DNA of 64,000 nucleotides, taken from the NCBI GenBank assembly GCA_018263355.1, contig JAANXH010000054.1:2779-66778 (forward strand). Reading direction: 5' to 3'. This document shows, piece by piece, positions 1-9,567 of the stretch (position 1 is the stretch's first letter; each line of letters opens with the position of its first letter). The notes below the pieces were generated by a model. That model made no database searches. It was not told the origin of the DNA and saw nothing but the letters and a program-made list of their open reading frames with translations. This stretch comes from Candidatus Woesearchaeota archaeon (GTDB lineage: Archaea; Nanobdellota; Nanobdellia; Woesearchaeales; JAGVZT01). Position numbers and translations under genes: made by a program.

Positions 1-260
1 ACAATAAGTGCTCTTCCATTTTCCGAGTTGATTTTTTGTCCTAAAGATGGATCAAAACTTTGACAAACTGGGTCACATTTATTTAAGTATTTAGCTTGAT
101 TTATAAGTGGAGGAAGAATGATTGAACCAACATAAATATTAATTCCAAAAAGTATAGTCATTGCTAAGCGTCTAATATTATGAGGTGTCAATTTTGATTC
201 CAAATTAGATCCCATATTTTTTTCTACAAGACCTGTTAAACATTTTTTAAGCTCACCCAT
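1..260 (-). CDS. partial ORF (N-terminus at 260, runs off window start), hypothetical protein
   Basis: ATG at 260-258 on minus strand; open frame MGELKKCLTGLVEKN... to window edge; not in ORF track because incomplete. Confidence 0.3.
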   Translation of the reverse strand, partial: MGELKKCLTGLVEKNMGSNLESKLTPHNIRRLAMTILFGINIYVGSIILPPLINQAKYLNKCDPVCQSFDPSLGQKINSENGRALI

Positions 261-429
261 ATTAAAAAATGTAATGCGTAAGTATTTAAATGTTTCGGTT
301 TTTACCACTGGACGATGGTAATAAATCGAGGTTCCCGAAAAAGTTCGAAAATATTCCAAGATTTATACTGTTACGTATAAAAAGGCACAGTTGACGCACT
401 TATTTCTAAGCAAATAGAATTTAGAGCAA

Positions 430-2580
430 CTAAGTAACATTGATGATCATTGAAGCAGTAAGATTAAACATAATTGTAACTATGGTTGCAATAGCAATAT
501 ACAAAAGAGTGCTGCCTTTCATGTTCTTACCTACCATATACTTCTCATTTAATTTATCAGAACCATTTTCAATACCATTTGCCATCACACTAAGAATATA
601 AACAATCTGAATAACATACAGCCCAACTACTATCTGGAAAAAATAAGTAGGAATACCTTGTTTAAATAATTCTGGCATGCTTGATACACCAACGGCCTCT
701 GAACCTTCTAATCCACCTAATTCTCCGCCTAGTTTGCTAATAATCGCAGATATCATAGATGTAATCCCCACAACAATCCCCGCAATAGCTGGAGCTAAAA
801 AACTTATCTGAGATTTCATGGATGATAAAATATCAGATAATAAATCTTTTAATCGCTCATTTACTCTATGAATCTCCTTAATATATTGTGAAACATTAAT
901 TAATGCCTGAGAACAGATTTTTGGCCCCTTTCTAGAGCTTTGCATTAAGACTTTCATTGAACTTTCAATAATCTTGCTTGGAAAATAGATCAAAGCTCCA
1001 TGCCTGTTATTAAAAATAGCTTGTCTTAAACTCATACCCATTTTTGTAATATTATTTGAAACAACAGCAAAAAACTCTCCTGTTTTTGTACCTGATAAAA
1101 CTTTTGCAACCTTTCCAAATGCTATTTCAATTGGAAGCCCATCTCCTATTCTGTTTCCAAGCTGAAAAAGACCAGAAGCAAACTCTTTTTCCAGATCCTT
1201 AGCTTCATTTCTCTTTTTAATCAGCTTTTTTGATTTTATAGTAAAGTAAATATGCAGACCAATACCTATAGCTAAAGGCACAAACATACTAATAACAGCT
1301 GCACCCAGCCCAAATGGACCAAGCTTTTTAGTCGAATTTGAATCAGTAATCATGTATCTCATGAGACAATATCTTCTCTTGCAAGGACTAGACTCATCAA
1401 TTATTGGGCTTAACCCAATATCAAAATCTGGACTAATAGCATGAATTAATAAAGGAGAAATTCCAATCAAAAACAAAAATCCCCCAATAATTAAAGTAAT
1501 TGTTATTGGTTTTATCTTAATCTCAAATTTTCCAATTTTGATTAGAAACTTCTTATATTTTTCTAAATCAGGAGTATGTAGTGAGATATCTGTATCACCA
1601 TAACCAGTTGGTCTTTGTGAGAGAATATTTTTACCCATAAAATATACCATGATAGGTAAGATAAAATTATAAAGAAAAGAAATATGATACCACCTCACAT
1701 TACCCATAAAACTAACAATTAAAGGTAAGATAATCATACCCAAAATAGGTAAAATCACACCCATCATATGCAGCATAGTGATAGGATTCTTAAGATTATG
1801 AGTATAATGCAGCATCTTTTCATAAGTTTCGGATAGCATCACTTCTAAGGCTTTATCAACAAAAACCAATCTCCTTGTTTCAGAAGGTTCAAGCAAAGAA
1901 GCTTCTAGTAGATGAAAAGCTTCAATAAATTCAATATTCCACTTTCTCCAACTTTCAAGGTAAGAATCAAGACTTTCTTTAATTGATTCATATTCTTCAG
2001 TTTCAACATCCCACAAAACTTTTTTCAGATCTAAGGATAACGGAGGAGCAGTATGGTCTGCTGCAAACTCTATTGCGTTTTCAAGATTAGATGTATGTCT
2101 CATATAAGTTGCGACATAGAAAATACATTGTACCATCTGATTTGATGCTTTCAGCCTCCAGTTGTTTGCAAAATACTGAGGTAATTTATCAAAAATAATT
2201 AGTCCCATTAAACCAGTAGTTAAAAATAAAATTAACATAAAAAAGGAATTCAAAATAACCAATCCAATAACTGCACCAAGAAATACACTGGCAATAGCCC
2301 AAACAATTGAAAAACTAAACGCACCTGCAGGTGTAACATTAAGATGACTAATCCTTAAGTTTTCCTTCATAACCTTAGCTTTTTTAGGATCAGGTTTAAC
2401 ATTAAGATATTTAGCACTAAAATTACATGCTTTTTCATAAAGACTTAAGTGGTTTGGAAGATTCTCTCTTCTAAACTGCATATACTCATGAGATCTGACG
2501 ACCTCTTGTTCAGTATCTTCTTTAAGGTGTCTTTTCTTATATCTGTTTATTTCTTGTCTGAGCTGTTCTTCATCTAACAC
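430..2580 (-). CDS. large polytopic membrane protein, possibly FlaJ/TadC-like pilus/archaellum platform protein (weak)
   Basis: 716 aa, multiple hydrophobic helices in N-terminal, middle and C-terminal blocks; no sharp motif. Confidence 0.5.
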   Translation of the reverse strand: MLDEEQLRQEINRYKKRHLKEDTEQEVVRSHEYMQFRRENLPNHLSLYEKACNFSAKYLNVKPDPKKAKVMKENLRISHLNVTPAGAFSFSIVWAIASVFLGAVIGLVILNSFFMLILFLTTGLMGLIIFDKLPQYFANNWRLKASNQMVQCIFYVATYMRHTSNLENAIEFAADHTAPPLSLDLKKVLWDVETEEYESIKESLDSYLESWRKWNIEFIEAFHLLEASLLEPSETRRLVFVDKALEVMLSETYEKMLHYTHNLKNPITMLHMMGVILPILGMIILPLIVSFMGNVRWYHISFLYNFILPIMVYFMGKNILSQRPTGYGDTDISLHTPDLEKYKKFLIKIGKFEIKIKPITITLIIGGFLFLIGISPLLIHAISPDFDIGLSPIIDESSPCKRRYCLMRYMITDSNSTKKLGPFGLGAAVISMFVPLAIGIGLHIYFTIKSKKLIKKRNEAKDLEKEFASGLFQLGNRIGDGLPIEIAFGKVAKVLSGTKTGEFFAVVSNNITKMGMSLRQAIFNNRHGALIYFPSKIIESSMKVLMQSSRKGPKICSQALINVSQYIKEIHRVNERLKDLLSDILSSMKSQISFLAPAIAGIVVGITSMISAIISKLGGELGGLEGSEAVGVSSMPELFKQGIPTYFFQIVVGLYVIQIVYILSVMANGIENGSDKLNEKYMVGKNMKGSTLLYIAIATIVTIMFNLTASMIINVT

Positions 2581-2653
2581 CTTATTCCCTCTTTTTAAAT
2601 AAGAATGTGAAAAATTAATATATAAATGTTGTGAAATAAAATAGTCTAGGTGT

Positions 2654-3844
2654 TTGGAAAAAATGGTTTTATCAAAAAACTATTTAAACCAATTCACTAA
2701 AACAAAATACATGAAGAAAATCCTTTGGGTTATAATCCTGATATTGAGTATCCAGATATGTTATTCCCTAGGTGTTGGACCAGCTTTTAACACATTAGAA
2801 TATAAGCCAGATACTGTCCAAAGTGGATATCTAAAAGTATATAACACAGAGGACAAAGATCTATATGTATTGTTAAATGTAGATGGGGCATTAAAAGACT
2901 ATATTGTTCTAGATCAAACACAAGTAAATGTTAAGCCAAATGAAGATTTTAAAAGAATATACTATCATGTAGAACACCCTGAGCTAGAGCCTGGATCATA
3001 CCCAACTAGAATCAAAATAATTGAAACTCCTCCTGATGTGGGAGGAGAATCAGTAATTACAGCAGCTTTGGGAGTTTCCCACAAAATTGCTTTAAATGTT
3101 CCAGCATTTGGAAAATATCTTAGAATAGATTTTTCAATTCAAGATAAGTTTCTAAAAATAACTCTTGATAATATTGGAGAGGAAAAAGTTGATCAAGCAG
3201 ACATTGTTTTTACTCTAACAGATGAAAAACAAGAACTAGTTTATGAAGACTCAGCTTCAAATATTGCAGTTGGACAAACAGCAACAGTTACCAGAAACCT
3301 GCAAAAAATCCAGGATGGAGTATATCAGGCAAAGTTAGATATAACATACGATCAAGTAAATAAAGTAATTGAAAAACAAGTTGCTATAGGTCAAATTCTT
3401 GTAACTATTAACAGTATGCAGATAGCAGACTTTGAGCTTGGAGACATTGCAAAAATTGACCTGGAAGTAGAAAATCAATGGAATCGTGACCTAGATAATC
3501 TAAACCTTGAAATGGAGGTTGTAAAAAACAACAGAGTTCATGGTTCATATAGGTCAGAAGATTTTAACTTAAAAGCCAAGTCCAAAAAGAATATTTCCAC
3601 GTATTGGGATACACAAGGAAAACCTTTGGGCGACTATGATGCACACTTTACAGTAAACTATGCTGGTCAAAGAACAGAGAAAAGTTTTGTACTAACATTG
3701 CAAGAACAAGGAATTATAACTAAGGCAAAGAAATTCAACTGGATCTTGCCTATTAGTATAATTGCCGTAATCTTACTGGTTGTTGCAATATTATTGCTGT
3801 TAAGATACATAAAGCAAAGAAAAGATCCTGTGGTTTTACATTAA
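2654..3844 (+). CDS. secreted/surface protein with N-terminal signal-anchor and C-terminal TM anchor plus basic tail
   Basis: N-term KKILWVIILILSIQICYS; C-term ILPISIIAVILLVVAILLLLRYIKQRKD. Confidence 0.6.
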   Translation: MEKMVLSKNYLNQFTKTKYMKKILWVIILILSIQICYSLGVGPAFNTLEYKPDTVQSGYLKVYNTEDKDLYVLLNVDGALKDYIVLDQTQVNVKPNEDFKRIYYHVEHPELEPGSYPTRIKIIETPPDVGGESVITAALGVSHKIALNVPAFGKYLRIDFSIQDKFLKITLDNIGEEKVDQADIVFTLTDEKQELVYEDSASNIAVGQTATVTRNLQKIQDGVYQAKLDITYDQVNKVIEKQVAIGQILVTINSMQIADFELGDIAKIDLEVENQWNRDLDNLNLEMEVVKNNRVHGSYRSEDFNLKAKSKKNISTYWDTQGKPLGDYDAHFTVNYAGQRTEKSFVLTLQEQGIITKAKKFNWILPISIIAVILLVVAILLLLRYIKQRKDPVVLH

Positions 3845-3856
3845 TCTTAAAATGTA

Positions 3857-4162
3857 TCATTGATTCTTCTTATGTGAGAATTCAACAAATCTGAGTATGT
3901 TTTCGTTTGTATAATATTTGTAATAAAGCCTGAATGAATCAAGATATACTTCTTGTTCACCTTTCCTGCTGTATCTCATTGGTTTACCAACACTAGGATT
4001 TTTGACAATCTTTAGAATCTGTTTGAAAAGTCTTAATTTTTTCTGTTTATCTTTGATTTTACTTATTTGTTTGTTAAATTCATGAGAAAAACGTAGTTTA
4101 ATTTCAGATTGGTCTGCAGTTTCAATGATCTTATTTTTTAAATCTTTAAGATTTTTCTTCAT
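3857..4162 (-). CDS. RelE/ParE-like toxin (type II TA)
   Basis: C-terminal GKPMRYSRKGEQEVYLDSFRLYYKYY..ILRFVEFSHKK resembles RelE/ParE core; 4-nt overlap with upstream antitoxin gene. Confidence 0.55.
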   Translation of the reverse strand: MKKNLKDLKNKIIETADQSEIKLRFSHEFNKQISKIKDKQKKLRLFKQILKIVKNPSVGKPMRYSRKGEQEVYLDSFRLYYKYYTNENILRFVEFSHKKNQ

Positions 4163-4434
4163 AGAACATCTTTTGCGTCTAGCTCTTTTCCATTTTCCAT
4201 CTCACTGAGAATCTTATCATGTTTCATTGCTCTAATAAAATCTTCGGCATATGTGCTTTTTTCCCTTTTAATGTTTAAAATGTCTTTTACCGGCTTAAGT
4301 ACAATCTCATCATCCTCTGACATAACCACTAATTGAGCATCTTTAACTAGCCCAAGTTTTTTACGAATATTATTTGGGATTACAATCTGACCTTTTGTAC
4401 TCATTTTTGCTAATCCAATTTCCAATTTTCTCAC
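4159..4434 (-). CDS. AbrB/SpoVT(MazE)-family antitoxin
   Basis: KGQIVIPNNIRKKLGL swapped-hairpin motif; 91 aa; overlaps toxin gene start. Confidence 0.6.
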   Translation of the reverse strand: MRKLEIGLAKMSTKGQIVIPNNIRKKLGLVKDAQLVVMSEDDEIVLKPVKDILNIKREKSTYAEDFIRAMKHDKILSEMENGKELDAKDVL

Positions 4435-4493
4435 CTAAAGTAAGAAAAGTAAGAATGTTTATATAATTTGTGTTTTTATAGTAAAAAATAACG

Positions 4494-4612
4494 AAAAAGT
4501 GGCACAGAGGCGTTAATACCCTACATCATGTCACTAACGTTCCTGACCTTAAGCATAGCTTAAGGCTTTGGTGTAGGGATTAGCCTCTGTTTTTGACCGC
4601 CACTTTTTCGGA
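4494..4612. repeat. structured repeat family B, copy 1 (nested inverted repeats AAAAAGTGG..CAGAGGC..core..GCCTCTG..CCACTTTTT)
   Basis: near-identical core catcatgtcactaacgttcctgacNttaagcatagcttaaggcttt shared with 33850-34007; compensatory pair ccctaca/tgtaggg vs ccccaca/tgtgggg. Confidence 0.6.
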
Positions 4613-4639
4613 ACAACAAAATCTCTGATTTTGTGTCCA

Positions 4640-4690
4640 GGAAATCAAAGATTTCCTTGAATTGAAAATCCCGCAAAGCGTGATTTTCAA
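4640..4690. repeat. hairpin module X (ggaaatcaaagatttcc + gaaaatc..gattttc) adjacent to family B
   Basis: reverse complement of 33783-33839; same ggaaatc-N-gatttcc hairpin recurs at 6150, 12470, 12592, 12850. Confidence 0.4.
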
Positions 4691-4786
4691 TAACAAAGTA
4701 CAGGAAGTATTAAACAGCCCATCGCATCCATCTTTTTAAAGAAAAGCTGGACCAAAAACAGGAAGGTTTTCTCACTTAGTAGCCAA

Positions 4787-5986
4787 CTACATCAAAAAAT
4801 AAGATAATACAGGAAGTATTAAGCACCCCATGGCGTGATTTCTTCCAATATCTTTTAATGGAGCAATCAACCCGATAGCAGCACCAGTAATTAAGACTAT
4901 TATTCCTATTGGTCCATTTAACACTAAGCTCATAATAAATATCAAACTAATAACTGAGATAACTAATCTTTTGTAATTAACTTTTACAATCAAGTTGGAA
5001 AATATTTTGGAAAACCATAAAGTGAGTAAAACTGATACTGAGCCTGCAATTAAAAAAACAAAAATCAAGATTAAAAAAGAATTCAAGTCAATTTCCATTA
5101 ATTTTGAAATAACAACTATAGTGCCGTCTTTTGCTTTATCCAAAGTATAAAATGTAACTAAAGAAAACACAACACTCATTGTTCCCATAGCACCAACTAA
5201 AGCTAAATACCCTTTATCTTTAACATCTCTTACAATCTGGTTGCTTATCACTGCTCCCTGAGCTGGCCCTAATCCTGGAAAAAATTGAATAAAAAAAACT
5301 GCTATACTGCTTCCTAAAATAGCCTTAACCAAATCTTTAATCTTGAGATCAATTCTTGATTCAATCTTCTGCTTTGGAATTTTTGTATTTTCATAATAAC
5401 TTAAGATTAAACCAGAAACACCAAATAAACCAGATAACATTGGAAACAAAGGCTCTTTGAAATTTGGAATAGAGAACACAACCAATCCCAAAGTGCCAGA
5501 AAGCATAAATAAAATAAAACTCCATAGTTTCTTTTGTTCTTTTAAAATCATATAAATCATTAAAACCAACAGTAAGTATCCAACATAAGGTTTTAGAAAA
5601 TTATAGACTTTTGTAGCAATTAGCATAAAAACAGGAATTAGCACAATCGCAACCAATAAACCAATATATGTTCCTAGAATTGTAATTTTAACAGCCTGAT
5701 AACCTTCACCTTTTAAAAGCATTTTCTGACCTGGCAGCACAGATAAAGCATTCTCATTTTCCGGAGCACCCAAATAAATTGAAGGAATAGTGTCAAGAAA
5801 AGAATGCACCACGCTAAGTGAAATGATAAATGCAGCAAGTGATAGAGGAGACATAAACCCTAGCAACCAAGGGGACAGAGCAAACATAGCAGTTGCAACT
5901 AAGTTAACATGAATTCCAGGTATTATGCCTGTGATGATACCGCAGGACACGCCAACTAATAATGCTATAAGTATCTCAATAAACAT
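4787..5986 (-). CDS. polytopic membrane protein, TctA/DUF112-like transporter (tentative)
   Basis: 399 aa, about 10 TM segments, Gly/Pro-rich N-terminal helices IITGIIPGIHVNLVATAM. Confidence 0.45.
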   Translation of the reverse strand: MFIEILIALLVGVSCGIITGIIPGIHVNLVATAMFALSPWLLGFMSPLSLAAFIISLSVVHSFLDTIPSIYLGAPENENALSVLPGQKMLLKGEGYQAVKITILGTYIGLLVAIVLIPVFMLIATKVYNFLKPYVGYLLLVLMIYMILKEQKKLWSFILFMLSGTLGLVVFSIPNFKEPLFPMLSGLFGVSGLILSYYENTKIPKQKIESRIDLKIKDLVKAILGSSIAVFFIQFFPGLGPAQGAVISNQIVRDVKDKGYLALVGAMGTMSVVFSLVTFYTLDKAKDGTIVVISKLMEIDLNSFLILIFVFLIAGSVSVLLTLWFSKIFSNLIVKVNYKRLVISVISLIFIMSLVLNGPIGIIVLITGAAIGLIAPLKDIGRNHAMGCLILPVLSYFLM

Positions 5987-6002
5987 ATTGTGCGGTGCGG
6001 GC

Positions 6003-6202
6003 GGGACTCTCCAAGCCAGGGGCCAAACTTATTTGAACCAGCATGGAACTGAGAGTTCCACCTGAGTGTGCAAAAATCACTGATTTTTGAACACTTGAAA
6101 ACCTATGGTTTTCACGTGCATCAATCAGGCGCAATACCTGATTACACAGAAATCAAAGATTTATGTGTTAGGAAATCTCGGATTTCCTTTATGCGACCGC
6201 AC
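6003..6202 (-). ncRNA. candidate structured RNA or heavily interrupted tRNA-like gene
   Basis: GC-rich island in 500-nt intergenic gap; terminal 11-bp pairing GTGCagtGGTGCGG / CCGCACCGCAC; ends ..gagagtCCCGCCCGCACCG like the tRNA 3' exons found elsewhere; no clean cloverleaf found by eye. Confidence 0.2.
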
Positions 6203-6489
6203 CACTGCACAACGAAACACTCAAAAACTCCAATCTCTTCCTATAAACTTAACTGGGAGTTTCACTTGGGTTTATGTGACTCTTTGTTTCTTTTTTCCTA
6301 ATATCTATAAGAAATCCAGAGATGTAGATTTATATGCTTTGACTACAAAAAAGCAAAATACTTGCGAGAATTTGGAAATAAATCTTGATTTTTCATATTA
6401 ATAAGATTAATCTAAGTTTTCTTGGAGATCTTACGAATAATAAAAAAGAATTAATGTTTACCTGTTGATTTTTCCTTGATCTAATAATT

Positions 6490-6894
6490 CTATGAAAAAA
6501 ACTTCTCAACAGTAGCTTTAAGCTTATCACTTATTGGTTCAGGTAAACCCTCCCGAGAAATCCATCTGTACTCAGAATGCTCTTTTTCAGACAATTTAAT
6601 CTCATTATCTCCAACTATCTTTAAAATAAAATCAATTTCAATATTGTGCTCAGTATTATCATTAAATTCATTAGTGCTATGCCAAACATTATAAGCTCTT
6701 ACAACCTCAACATCTAGATTTGTCTCTTCCTTAACTTCTCTTATAATGGTCTTATTTGGATCTTCACCAAATTCAACTTTGCCTCCAGGCAAGTCAAAAT
6801 AACCTGGAAGAAATCTCTTTTGAGCAGTTCTCTTAAGCATCAATATTTTTCCATCCCTGCAAACAATTCCACCAACCAAAACTCTAGTTTTCAT
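6490..6894 (-). CDS. NUDIX hydrolase
   Basis: Nudix box GGKVEFGEDPNKTIIREVKEETNL. Confidence 0.8.
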   Translation of the reverse strand: MKTRVLVGGIVCRDGKILMLKRTAQKRFLPGYFDLPGGKVEFGEDPNKTIIREVKEETNLDVEVVRAYNVWHSTNEFNDNTEHNIEIDFILKIVGDNEIKLSEKEHSEYRWISREGLPEPISDKLKATVEKFFS

Positions 6895-7718
6895 AATTCA
6901 AAAACCTCCAGATCTTTTGCAACGCAAACATTGCCTTTGTAATACTCCTTGACTTCTTTTACCATGCTCTTCATATCTTGTTCAATATTACTGTAATCTT
7001 TAAAATGCATATGTGTTAAAATTGTCTTTTTAGCATTAACCTTTGACGCAATCTCTCCAACATCAACAGCGTCTGAATGCCCATGATTTTTTGCTGGGTC
7101 CTTATTTCTTACTGAAAAACATTCATGAATAAGTAAATCACAATTCATACCATGCTCAACTAATCCAGAGCAAGGTTTAGTATCACCTGAAAAAACAATT
7201 TTCTTATTATTAATATTAAAAACAAACCCCAGACCATCATCTCCCGGATAATTCTTATGCTCTGCCCTAAATGCAACAACTTCAGCATTATCAAAAATAT
7301 TTAGTTTAGAACCCGGCTCAAGCACAATCCATCTAATCTTAATTCTTTTCAGCATATAACTAAAACCTGTACTTTCAATCAGCTTAAGCATATTTTCCTT
7401 AGTACATTTGGAGCAATATATTTTGGTAGGATTTTTTTTTCTTGTAGGACCTTGATCAGAAAGCAAATACAATAATCCAAATGAATGGTCTGGATGTCTG
7501 TGTGATAAAAAAACATGATCAATTGGTTTAGGATTTTTTGAAAATTGTGGAGATAAACCAATTTTGTAAAGCTGCCTTAATAACTCAGCACCTCCACAAC
7601 AATCAATTAACATCAAGTTATCCTTGTCTTCTAACAAAATTCCGGTGTTTACTTTAATTGGACTTAAACATATTCCTGTTCCTAAGAATGTTAATTCCAT
7701 ACTAAAAAAAGAAATCAA
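6891..7718 (-). CDS. metallo-beta-lactamase fold hydrolase, RNase Z-like
   Basis: LTFLGTG N-terminus, HRHPDHSFGL (HxHxDH) motif; 4-nt overlap with NUDIX gene. Confidence 0.55.
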   Translation of the reverse strand: MISFFSMELTFLGTGICLSPIKVNTGILLEDKDNLMLIDCCGGAELLRQLYKIGLSPQFSKNPKPIDHVFLSHRHPDHSFGLLYLLSDQGPTRKKNPTKIYCSKCTKENMLKLIESTGFSYMLKRIKIRWIVLEPGSKLNIFDNAEVVAFRAEHKNYPGDDGLGFVFNINNKKIVFSGDTKPCSGLVEHGMNCDLLIHECFSVRNKDPAKNHGHSDAVDVGEIASKVNAKKTILTHMHFKDYSNIEQDMKSMVKEVKEYYKGNVCVAKDLEVFEL

Positions 7719-7736
7719 TTATATAATAAATCTTTC

Positions 7737-8639
7737 CTAAACATTTATAGCCATCAATGCTCCGTTCATATCAAAAGTATTATCCATTATTATGTATAAA
7801 TACATCAAAATCCAAAACTGGTCTTTCTTACTTTTTTCAAGCATATCTTTAACTTTATCTCTTAGATCATATCTTTTCTTGCCAAACTTTGCAAGTTTAT
7901 TAGAATCATATTTGTAAAACAACTCATAAAACTGATTGTAAAACTCATTAATCTCTTTATAAATTTGTTTAGTGCTATCACTTAAAGCAATTCCTTGCTC
8001 TGCATGTTTGCAAATATCTCTATAAGAATCACCAATTCTTTCAAGCTGCTCAACAATATAATACAGTCCAGGAGTTTTTTTAAACTCAGAATAACCATAT
8101 TTATTTAATATCCTTCTACAAAAATCAGCATACTTATTTACATCCTTATCCATAAATGAGATTGTTTTAAGCCAACCCTTATCTTGTTTTTCTAATGCTT
8201 CTAAACTCTGTTCTGCCATTTGGTTAATTATTAAAAATATTCTTCTAAGCATTGTGTCAAATTCATCTGGATCAATACTAGATATCTTCTTTATCTGAAA
8301 TTGGTTCTTGCCTTGGTATACTACTTCAAAACCAATAAACTCTTCTCTAATGACTTCCTGGGCAGCTTCAAGCTCCTTTGGTTCAAACTCAACATCAACT
8401 AAATCATATCCTGCTTTATAGGTTGCTCCAAGTATTCTTTTAACCATAGGATCCATATCAACAATACTAATACTGGTCTTTTCACTAGATATAGATTTTT
8501 TTGAGCCAACTATTATTTGATTACCTTTTTCTTCCAGCAATATGTTATCCCCCTTCTTAATATTGTATTTTTTAACCCATTTGCTTGGCAAAGAAACCAC
8601 TAAAGTGCTTCCTGCCAGCTGAATTGCTTTTCTTTTCAT
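7737..8639 (-). CDS. regulator with N-terminal AbrB/SpoVT-like domain and PhoU-like helical domain (tentative)
   Basis: N-term KRKAIQLAGSTLVVSLPSKWVKKYNIKKGDNI; helical C-terminal repeats. Confidence 0.4.
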   Translation of the reverse strand: MKRKAIQLAGSTLVVSLPSKWVKKYNIKKGDNILLEEKGNQIIVGSKKSISSEKTSISIVDMDPMVKRILGATYKAGYDLVDVEFEPKELEAAQEVIREEFIGFEVVYQGKNQFQIKKISSIDPDEFDTMLRRIFLIINQMAEQSLEALEKQDKGWLKTISFMDKDVNKYADFCRRILNKYGYSEFKKTPGLYYIVEQLERIGDSYRDICKHAEQGIALSDSTKQIYKEINEFYNQFYELFYKYDSNKLAKFGKKRYDLRDKVKDMLEKSKKDQFWILMYLYIIMDNTFDMNGALMAINV

Positions 8640-8748
8640 GAACTCACCTATATATTTAATGCTTTTTTATATATTTATATATCTGTATATAAGGTATATG
8701 CTAAAATTATATATAAATCTTTTGGCTAGGATATAATTAGGTGATTAC
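8640..8748. promoter_or_regulatory. divergent intergenic region with multiple TATA-like boxes
   Basis: ttttttatatatttatatatctgtatataaggtatatg between divergently transcribed genes. Confidence 0.3.
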
Positions 8749-9213
8749 ATGGTTGACAAAAAAGAGTATATGATATTTAGCCACCTTAGAAACGATGGGA
8801 GGCAAACCTTAACAAATATGAGTAAAAAAACAAGCATTCCAATAAGCACAATATATGATAAACTTAAGCTTCATGATGGAGATCTAATAAAAAAACACAC
8901 TTGTTTATTAGATTTTCAAAAACTAGGCTTTACTACAATAGCCCATGTTTTAATAAATGTTGAAAAATCTCAAAAACAAGAGCTTAGAAACTTTTTGGCT
9001 AAGCATATGAATGTTAATACAGTAAGTAGGGTCAATAATAATTTTGATTTTTTAGTTGAAGTAATTTTCAAAGGTTTAGGAGAAATGGAAGATTTTATGG
9101 ATAATCTAGAAGAAACATTTCCAATAAACCAAAAACAAGTTTTTTATGAGATTGAGCAGATAAAAAAAGAAGGATTCATGGACGATCCAGAAATCCTTGA
9201 CGTAATTGTTTAA
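8749..9213 (+). CDS. Lrp/AsnC-family transcription regulator
   Basis: N-terminal HTH (DGRQTLTNMSKKTSIPISTIYDKLKLH) plus C-terminal RAM-like domain, 154 aa. Confidence 0.6.
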   Translation: MVDKKEYMIFSHLRNDGRQTLTNMSKKTSIPISTIYDKLKLHDGDLIKKHTCLLDFQKLGFTTIAHVLINVEKSQKQELRNFLAKHMNVNTVSRVNNNFDFLVEVIFKGLGEMEDFMDNLEETFPINQKQVFYEIEQIKKEGFMDDPEILDVIV

Positions 9214-9283
9214 TATTGGTGGTTCAATGAAATAAAACTGGACGTTGAATCACAGGAATATCTTAATCCAGATTACTTTACTT

Positions 9284-9523
9284 CTATTTAACCAAATCTT
9301 CAATAGGTTTATCTTGTTTCTCAGATTCTTTCATTAATTCTTCAGCTTCTTGTTCAAGATCAACACCTAATTCTTTTAGACCTTTGATATGCATCTGCAT
9401 CAACTGTTCAACAATCTGCAAAATACGATGCATCTCCTGCCTTTCCTTAACTAATGTTGATAATGCTCCCTTATGAAAACCAACTTGTTCATCTTTACTC
9501 GCTTCTTTTTCCATAATTATCAC
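9284..9523 (-). CDS. small coiled-coil hypothetical protein
   Basis: 79 aa, charged/helical. Confidence 0.4.
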   Translation of the reverse strand: MIIMEKEASKDEQVGFHKGALSTLVKERQEMHRILQIVEQLMQMHIKGLKELGVDLEQEAEELMKESEKQDKPIEDLVK

Positions 9524-9567
9524 CTATGCATTAAACAAAAATAATTTGTTTATATCTCTTTTGGTAT

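Noticed and set aside
6068-6401. Two overlapping plus-strand ORFs (77 and 98 aa)
   Set aside because: They fall in the structured intergenic island, have no coding signal or RBS, and their composition is unlike neighbouring genes.
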